The notes beneath the pieces were generated by a model. The model made no database searches, was not told where the DNA came from, and worked only from the letters and a program-made list of their open reading frames with translations. A stretch of 63,515 bases of DNA, counting the filler, from Octopus bimaculoides (lineage: Eukaryota): the NCBI RefSeq assembly GCF_001194135.2. It is 4 parts of 4 records of this genome, joined end to end, with 100 filler letters (N's around TTAATTAATTAA, not from the genome) between each part and the next. Parts side by side here need not be neighbours in the genome. Positions count along the whole stretch, not along the records: positions 50,448 to 55,889 come from NC_069010.1; positions 55,990 to 63,515 come from NC_068983.1; 2 more parts are not named here. One strand, given 5' to 3'. Positions 54,641 to 63,515 of the stretch are shown one piece after another (the stretch's first letter is position 1; each line of letters starts with the position of its first letter). The position numbers and the translations under genes were made by a program.

Positions 54641-55255
54641 AAAACAAAGCATCTGGACGCAGGACGCAGGACGAGGCGCCAGCCAGTCCTTCTTCTTCTC
54701 AGATCAATTATTTGACCAAAGCCAACTCCAACACCAGGACCGACTTCGTGCAAGCATGGAGGCACGACCACTGCTTGCACTACATTAATGCTACCACACC
54801 TTGACTTCTACCAACACCACTCACACTATACCGCTTCCACCGATATTATATCAATATAGTTTGACACAACACTGCAGCACCAACACTGTATCATTGACCT
54901 TACCACTCTACACAGCTAACCTATACCACCCCCACCACAATGTCACATTAACATAGACCACCACAATGTTACCACCACCACCACAACCACACCACTACAG
55001 AGTATGATCACCACACTGGCAATACCACCACCAATGCTACAATATTGCCAACACCATGCCACCACATCTACATTGCATCACCACCACCACCACCACTGCA
55101 ACAACAACATTGCCAGTACCACTCCGTCACCTATACGTCACATCACCATCACCATCACTACAACATTGCCAACAATTCGCCACCACCTATACATCGCACC
55201 ACTACCACCACCATGCACACCACTGTACGATACCACCACATNNNNNNNNNNTATA

Positions 55256-55287
<32 letters not shown>

Positions 55288-55989
55288 AATACACATATAC
55301 ATACACACCTGTCTACATTTATTTATGTACATGTCCTACATTAAAATGTAAATACGTACATAAGCCATATCAGTTAATTAGGGACGAGGTGAGGTATTTA
55401 TGGACCACAGCAATTGGAGGAAGAACTGGAAAAAAATAATATCTAAGTTGCACATAAATATCTCTCTCTCTCTCTCTCTCTGCATCATACATATATACAC
55501 ACACACACATATATATATATATATACACATACACACATACATACATATACAGGCACATGTATACATATACACACACACACACACACACCCATACATACAT
55601 ATACAGGCACATATATACATATACACACACATATATATATATACATACACAAGTATTTATACACACACACATGCATATACATACACACACATACATATAT
55701 ACACACATATATATACATACACACACACATATATATATACATATATATACATACATACATATATATATATACATACACACATATATATACATACACACAT
55801 ATATATACATACATACACATATATATATATATATACATACATACACATATATATATATATATACATACATACACATATATATATATATANNNNNNNNNNN
55901 NNNNNNNNNNNNNNNNNNNNNNNNNNNNNNNNNTTAATTAATTAANNNNNNNNNNNNNNNNNNNNNNNNNNNNNNNNNNNNNNNNNNNN

Positions 55990-56028
<39 letters not shown>

Positions 56029-56222
56029 ATAATTATATGTAGAACTAATTTAATATTCAGGTAGTACGCTGTTTAAAACCCGTCCACAGTGTTCAGCTAC
56101 CTCATGTCAACAAGAGTATGAAGGTATATGCCCATAGAGTTTTTGAAAAGTCACTTGAGGAGACGTATCTGCACCTATAGTGCATGACAATTGATTGTAC
56201 AACATTGGTGTGTGAGTGTGTG

Positions 56223-56259
<37 letters not shown>

Positions 56260-56296
56260 TCACACACACACATTCACACACACACACACACATATT

Positions 56297-56448
56297 CGGC
56301 GGGCTTTTCTGTGTTTCCATCAGCTTAATTCACTCACAAGGCTTTGATCAGCCCGGAGTTATAGCAGAATACACTTCTCGAAAGAGTTGTGCAGTGGACT
56401 GAACCCAAAACCATACGATTGGGAAGCAGGCTTCTTAACCACACAACC
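56297..56448 (-). mobile_element. SINE head fragment (6993 family)
   Basis: cactcacaaggctttgatcagcccgg...gtggactgaaccc...accacacaacc. Confidence 0.7.
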
Positions 56449-57412
56449 AAACCTTGTAAAGCCTAGATTACGTACTACAAAGATTTTACCATATCATGAA
56501 AAGGTAGGCTTTCAGAATCTTTATTCACATCAAATGAATAAATATTCAAGTGCATATGCAACATGTTAACAATTATTTTTACTCAAAATCGGAGAGAAAT
56601 GTCATGTGTAATTTACCTGACATTAGCTTTTTTTAGATATACAACCAACTCGATAATTTTACTTAGATTTGATGCTAACTGTTCGGCGTTTTAAAACGTT
56701 GTGCAAATGATTGAATTATGCAATTATCTTGTAAGCCACTAAGCAGAATGTCGCTATCTGAAGTTTTGCGACATTTTCGATCGATCAGACGGCACTTATT
56801 GATTTGAGGGGAAAAGTATTCGGAAATACAATTAACTACCGGGATTTCTCTTTTTCATTTGTTAACATAGATCGTGTATGCTACGCAAAGCGAGATAATG
56901 CCTAACTGTAAAAGTTCTCAGAAGAAAAGCAAAAACAGAAAAAGCATATTCTCCTTAAAGGGGAAACAGCAGTACTTCATTTAATAGTCACCTGAGAGTA
57001 AATTGTTTAGACTCTGTCAAAGGAGAATGCTTCCCATTTTAATCATTCTTGATTAGTTCCTTGAAATGGATTAAAGTGTCTATGGATGTGTATACGCGCG
57101 CGCGTGTATGTGCGTGCGCGAGCGCATGTTTCAATTTTTTTCCCCCTTTATTTAGTTTTGTGATCTTAGACCATTGATAGAGTTCAACTCGTTGAGATAA
57201 ATGTATGCGTTTGCATACACACGCACGCACACATATATGCATGTATGTGTACACACACACATACATAGGTACATACATACATACATACACACACATACAT
57301 ACATACATACATACATACATGCATACATACATGCATATATACATGCATACACACACACACATAAATAAATGCATATGTACATACATATACCAACAAGAGA
57401 AAACTATAGAGA

Positions 57413-57448
<36 letters not shown>

Positions 57449-57496
57449 ATTCAACATTTCGCAATCCTTCTCTTGTTTAGACACCACTCGCTGAGC

Positions 57497-57710
57497 TATA
57501 ATCCTTTCTATAATAAGCACAAGGCCTGAAATTTGGCGCTAGAGGTTAGTTGATTACATCTACTCCAGTGCTTAACTGGAACTTATTTTCATCGACTCCG
57601 AAAGAATAAAAGACAAAATCTATCTCGGTGAAATTTGAATTTAGAACGTAAACATTGACGAAATGCTACCAAGCATTTTGTTCGACATGCCGATTTATGC
57701 CACCTTTCGC
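57497..57710 (-). mobile_element. diverged SINE (16256 family)
   Basis: ccagtgcttaactggaacttattttcatcgac...gaaatttgaatttagaacg. Confidence 0.7.
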
Positions 57711-57736
57711 TGGTTTATAATTAAAAAAAAAAAAGA

Positions 57737-58121
57737 GTGGAGGCGCAATGGCCCAATGGTTAGGGTAACGGACTCGCGGTCATAGGATCGCGGTTTCGAT
57801 TCCCAGACCGGGCGTTGTGAGTGTTTATTGAGCGAAAACACCTAAAGCTCCATGAGGCTCCGGCAGGGGATGGTGGCGAACCCTGCTGTACTCTTTCGTC
57901 ACAACTTTCTCTCACTCTTACTTCCTGTTTCTGTTGTGCCTGTAATTCAAAGGGTCAGCCTTGTCACATTGTGTCACGCTGAATATCCCCGAGAACAACG
58001 TTAAGGGTACACGTGTCTGTGGAGTGCTCAGCCACTTGCACGTTAATTTCACGAGCAGGCTGTTCCGTTGATCGGATCAACTGGAACCCTCGACGTCGTA
58101 AGCGACGGAGTGCCAACAACA
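57737..58121 (+). mobile_element. young tRNA(Arg)-like-headed SINE
   Basis: gtggaggcgcaatggcccaatggttaggg...ggtttcgattccc...gtgccaacaacaa; near-identical to 44143-44527. Confidence 0.93.
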
Positions 58122-59838
58122 AATAAAAAAAGTCATTTGCAAAAGAACAAGCTGATACAGGGACTTATATTTAACAAATTGATTTTTCAAATATTTGTTA
58201 TCTTTACCTATCCAAAATGTTGATTTCATTAATTTTCATTGCTATCACAACTGACCCATCCACACACATAAGCCATTACCTCTGCTCTTTTAATTTTCCT
58301 AATCGATTTATTCTTTATGCCTTCTATCCCTTTCCATCATGATCTTATTCTTTTGTATTTTGTTGTTAAGTATTTATGCGCGTATTTATGTGTTATTTAT
58401 ATTTATTTCTAAACCAATAGCGTTGCTTCACGCTATAAGCATGGCAGTATCGTTGCCTCACTTTTCAGGTGTAATTTCCAAACTTTGAATAGAACCCGCA
58501 CAAGGGTTTTATCAGTCGCCTGATGAAGCGGAACTACGTTACATGAAAAGCGACTCAGTTTGTCACTCTGACTGGACTGTGAATCAATACCATCCTATTC
58601 TTCCTCACTGCGTTTATTAGGTTTTTATTTTATTTTTTTTTTTTTGCTCAATTTTGCTTAATTGCATTCGCACCCGTTTCATACTACTCATTGATTACAT
58701 ACGAACGTGTGCGTACGTGTACGCTTATAACGCCATAGTAAATAATATATGAATCTAAGAAAAAAAATTTGCTAGTGAATACTTTACATGTAAGCAATAA
58801 ACATATGCAGTTCGGTTCTCAAAGGCAGTGAACAATAGAATATGACAGCAGGTGTTATTGTAGTCTTTGTGGAATTTTTTGTTTTGTTTTGTTTTTCCTG
58901 TTTTCAAAAGTGCAGACTTTCTTTTGTTTATTTATTGTTAAGTTCAAGTCTTTTCTTGTATAAATGAGAGTATATCTTAAACGAGAAATGTAATAATTTT
59001 CAGATAAGCATTATTATCAGAATTCACGTGAGAATATTGAGCTAAAATATTAACGCCTCCTACTTCTACCTCAAGTGATTAACAAAGCAAATTGTATGAA
59101 CTAAACCTGTGCAGATAAAAGCAAGTAACTTTTCCGTATAAAATAACCGTTCTATCAGATAAAACACTTACGAGAGAATGACATGTAACGTGTGCCTGGA
59201 AAGCAAAAGAATACAAAAATAAATGTATCAAGTCACACTGATGTGTCTATTAAGAAATGGCAATAAATGCCATTTATACTATCTCTACAAGCAGCTAAAA
59301 CAGTTTCCTATTTTCATATGTTGCAAGAAAATAACTTTTTAGCCAAGTTGTATTCTTACTAAATGAAAACATCACAAACAATAATTTGATCCTACATTCA
59401 GGTAACATCGAGTGCTACGAATAATTGTACGTTGAACAAAGACTAACATTTACAGTATTTACTCTTCTTTTTTACGTCTTAGAATAAAAGTTAGCACCTG
59501 TTAGCTTTCTCATGGCTTCCGAGACTAAATGAATAAAGAGTAAAAGTTTCCTCGTGCTAGAGACCTGGTTTGAATGCCTTCCACAGTGTTAACTCTACTG
59601 AAGGCACTTGTGATCCATATAGTGATGTCAAACCAAGTGAAATATCACGGTTATCACCTAAGAACATGAACTGTATAGATTCCCACCGACGATATTCCAT
59701 ATAGTTTCCATCTACAAAATTTCATTCATAAGCTTTGGTTAACCGAAGATTATGGAAAAAGATGCAGTAAAATCAAACGACGTACTTTTTAAAAATTCGA
59801 CTCTGACTACATTAGTTTCGGTGTCATTGTTTCCTTAC

Positions 59839-60073
59839 TTCGCCATAGAAAAACAGTTGACATTATTTGGATGTACACCTTCCTGTTGAGATATTATATA
59901 ACACATTATATACAGACGAACGTCTCCTTGGTTTGCTGTGTAAACCTCAGCATCTGTCATATGCTTAAAATACATGCCGCATTGGAGAGTTGACAAGTTA
60001 AAAACTACGTTGGTTATGTTGTTTTTGTTGTTAAAGCGTGTGGCCATGAGCATAAGAATGAAGGAATCAATTC
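59839..60073 (-). CDS. candidate exon with PAN/apple-like spacing
   Basis: 77 open codons between a CAG acceptor and a GTAAGG donor: ...NLSTLQCGMYFKHMTDAEVYTANQGDVRLYIMC...NCFSMA. Confidence 0.35.
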
Positions 60074-60337
60074 CTGGTCCAAACTTTGCATTATCTCCTT
60101 GAACAAGACATTACATATCATGTTGTTTCAATCAACTTAGCTATGAATGAGAATCAGATGGTTGCTGGTACAGCCCCCTTTACTCTTCCCATCCTACCAC
60201 CTGACTGTTCTTGCTCAAGAGAGAAGGGATCGAGAATGTGGAAGTGGGTGTTTGCAACTACAGGAGAACCTAAAAGCAATCAGCGATAGGCAGTACATAC
60301 TACCAAGCCGTAGTCATACGCGAATTATGGCAAACTA

Positions 60338-60600
60338 ATGTTGTTGTTGGTGAGGTCGCCGTCGTTTTTGTTAAGCCCGATTAAACCAGCCTGCAATCAA
60401 AAGCATTCCACTTTTGATCGAACCAGCTTCGGTTAAGGCAGCCGACGATCAAATGTATTCCAGTTGTGACCATTCCTATCCCATATTCAGACATTGTGTA
60501 TTTAGAACTACATAAGCCAATGCATCCTCTCATCATAACGATAGGGTGTGAGACAAGGAATATTTTCTTGCTATGCCTAGGAGATTGTACTTCCATGTCG
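60338..60600 (-). mobile_element. SINE-like repeat with (CAA)n tail
   Basis: Starts at a tgttgttgttgg tail; internal duplicated atcaaa..attcca motif. A related fragment lies near 33440-33510. Confidence 0.5.
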
Positions 60601-61080
60601 AAGGACTAGTTTACTAGTTTGTATCATATCAATGATACTGCATTAAGACTGTAATTAAGAAACTTATTTTGATTCTTGCAATATAAACGATGCCGAAATA
60701 AAAATATATTCAATATTGATCTCCGGTACAGGTAAAATGCCCGAAGAATATATTGGAAGATTCGTTTCTTTTTCAACGAGCGTAAACGAAGAGAAATTGT
60801 TTCAATTGAGAATTAATACTTGATTGTCGTCTCACCTTGGCAATTAAACAAAACATTTTACATTAATTTCTCACATAACAGAAATAAATGACATTAGCAT
60901 TGAGACAACTATAAATAGAAAACAGATCAACGTCTCTTCTTGTTGTGACAAGTCCTCACAAGTGTTAACTATATACACATTTGTGTGTATATTATACATA
61001 TACTTACATACATACATACATAACTGTCGAACAACGATAATGAGTGCTCAACACCGCACTGGTGGATAGAATCTCTCTAT

Positions 61081-61296
61081 TTGTGTATTAAGGCTACCAT
61101 TAGTTTTATGTTAAGAAAAATATCTTAACATCTTAACAATTTTTCAAGCCGATCACATGGAAGGATGGTGTTCGTCTCCATCTCATCCAAATTGAAGACG
61201 AACACCATCCTTTCATGTGATCGGTTTGCTTGAAAAATTGTTAAAATGTTAAGATAATCTTCTTAATACGAAACCAATGGTAGCCTTAATACACAA
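61081..61296. mobile_element. foldback/MITE-like near-palindrome with ~100-bp arms
   Basis: 61081-61180 pairs with 61192-61296 with scattered mismatches and one 4-nt indel; ~11-nt loop. Confidence 0.8.
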
Positions 61297-61484
61297 GCAC
61301 GCACACGCATACACACACACGCGCGCGCACACACACATGCACACATAATATAGAGGAAGTGATGTAGATAAACACAATTAGGCTTGACATAGATATAGAG
61401 TGAGAGAGATACACATAAACACATACATACATAAACATATGTACGCACATACACACACACATATACATATATATATATATACAT

Positions 61485-61517
<33 letters not shown>

Positions 61518-62108
61518 NNNNNNNNNNNNNNNNNNNNNNNNNNNNNNNNNNNNNNNNNNNNNNNNNNNNNNNNNNNNNNNNNNNNNNNNNNNNNNNNNNN
61601 NNNNNNNNNNNNNNNNNNNNNNNNNNNNNNNNNNNNNNNNNNNNNNNNNNNNNNNNNNNNNNNNNNNNNNNNNNNNNNNNNNNNNNNNNNNNNNNNNNNN
61701 NNNNNNNNNNNNNNNNNNNNNNNNNNNNNNNNNNNNNNNNNNNNNNNNNNNNNNNNNNNNNNNNNNNNNNNNNNNNNNNNNNNNNNNNNNNNNNNNNNNN
61801 NNNNNNNNNNNNNNNNNNNNNNNNNNNNNNNNNNNNNNNNNNNNNNNNNNNNNNNNNNNNNNNNNNNNNNNNNNNNNNNNNNNNNNNNNNNNNNNNNNNN
61901 NNNNNNNNNNNNNNNNNNNNNNNNNNNNNNNNNNNNNNNNNNNNNNNNNNNNNNNNNNNNNNNNNNNNNNNNNNNNNNNNNNNNNNNNNNNNNNNNNNNN
62001 NNNNNNNNNNNNNNNNNNNNNNNNNNNNNNNNNNNNNNNNNNNNNNNNNNNNNNNNNNNNNNNNNNNNNNNNNNNNNNNNNNNNNNNNNNNNNNCGTTCA
62101 TCGGACAG

Positions 62109-62164
62109 TAACAAAACTGTCCGATGAACGGGAACGTGAAACTCAGAGTAACAGTCTTTTGTTA
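62109..62164 (+). ncRNA. minimal type I hammerhead ribozyme motif (Penelope-type), CCGAUGA core
   Basis: TAACAAAACTGT-CCGATGA-ACG-ggaa-CGT-GAA-ACTC-A-GAGT-A-ACAGtcTTTTGTTA. Stems I, II and III all pair; GUA cleavage triplet at 62148-62150; AATAAA at 62183. Confidence 0.8.
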
Positions 62165-62259
62165 TATTTTCTGCTGCTTTTAAATAAAGCATATTACTCT
62201 ACCTCTGGTATTTGAGTACTCTTTTTTCCACCTTGTTGCACACTTCATGTTCTTACTCC

Positions 62260-62300
<41 letters not shown>

Positions 62301-62530
62301 CGTAAGAAAATACAGAACACTAAGGTCATTTCTTAACTCTACACCTGTTTGAGTAATGTTCATAATTTTGTAGATGGGGTATACAACAAAGTTTGGGTAT
62401 GCAACAGACATATTACCATAAGTCTAGTTGGCTGAATATATATATTGTAGTTTTTCGATGAGTGACATGCAAAAAGCAGAGCTCACTGAGTTCCGCCAAT
62501 TCTACACACACAAAGACATAAGCACATGCG

Positions 62531-62598
<68 letters not shown>

Positions 62599-62910
62599 TG
62601 TATGTATGCATGCATATATGTATATAAGACTCACATATGCAATTCCCTTTTGCACATTCGACTGACAAGTTCCGATCAGTCAACCGCCTATGTGAAAACG
62701 TAACATTTGTTCAAGGTACCATTCGATCGAACTCGAATCCGCGTGACTCCGACGCGAAGTAAATTTTAACAACCACATGATATCTCAACTGAATTACTTG
62801 GAACATTCTATTACATCCTTGTGTGATGTTTAATCAGATTATACAAATGTCAGAACTGAAAAACATTACTCATAATCCTCGTATAATTAGAATTTATAAT
62901 TGAATGAATG

Positions 62911-62960
<50 letters not shown>

Positions 62961-63262
62961 TGTACAGAGGCAAATACATATATATGTATGTGTACTTTTG
63001 TTTATGCATGTAGACAGACAGTCAGATAGATAGATACATACGTATACATCGCATGCACGCTCATGGATCTCGCCAGTATAGTTCAAGTAACCTAAACAAG
63101 ATATTTAATCACTAAGAGTATGCAATGATGGCACCGGTAGCACTGCCTATTACTTTGTCTCTATGAGTCAAAAATATGGAGAATGAACCTCAAATATGCC
63201 GTATAAGGAAGATATTGAATGTGGTCCATAACATAGCTTGCAGGGTGTATATGTTCGTATAT

Positions 63263-63492
63263 ATCGTCGTCGTCGTCGTCGTTTAACGTCCGCTTTCCAT
63301 GCTAGCATGGGTTGGACGATTTGACTGAGGACTGGTGAAACCGGATGGCAACACCAGCCTCCAATCTGATTTGGCAGAGTTTCTACAGCTGGATGCCCTT
63401 CCTAACGCCAACTACTCTGAGAGTGTAGTGGGTGCTTTTACGTGTCACCCGCACGAAGGCCAGTCAGGCGGTACTGGCAACGGCCACGCTCA
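63263..63492 (-). mobile_element. inverted copy of the 2673-2966 retroposon family
   Basis: Near-identical reverse complement, including the (ACG)n tail. Confidence 0.88.
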
Positions 63493-63515
63493 TCTCGCTC
63501 GAGAAACCTCATGTG

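Noticed and set aside
57737-57812. tRNA-Arg gene
   Set aside because: The tRNA-like head continues into a 385-bp SINE body present in two copies, with no proper acceptor stem or T-run terminator.

Overview
AT-rich, repeat-dense animal genomic DNA from a draft assembly (about 3.7 kb of N). The tRNA-derived SINE families and heavy microsatellite load point to an octopus; this is inference. No intact, nameable protein-coding gene, rRNA, tRNA or CRISPR array is supported, and most ORFs in the supplied track are microsatellite or N-run artefacts. Recognisable elements are several SINE families (one copy with a 12-bp TSD), decayed RTE and R4/Dong-like LINE pieces, a near-full-length decayed mariner, Tc1 fragments, a Chapaev-like transposase relic, a Helitron RepHel N-terminal relic and two long MITE-like hairpins. 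Two signals stand out. (1) Two unrelated minimal type I hammerhead ribozyme folds (62109-62164 +, 43908-43954 -) both carry a non-canonical CCGAUGA core, and each has a reverse-complement copy of its own core just upstream. (2) The unique sequence between repeats repeatedly gives exon-sized segments, mostly minus strand, with PAN/apple-like cysteine spacing, signal-peptide-like exons and a strong 20-nt microexon. This suggests a largely decayed tandem cluster of secreted Cys-rich protein genes, but it was read by eye and needs HMM confirmation. Three artificial N44-TTAATTAATTAA-N44 joins mean contiguity across 25.5, 50.4 and 55.9 kb is not guaranteed.
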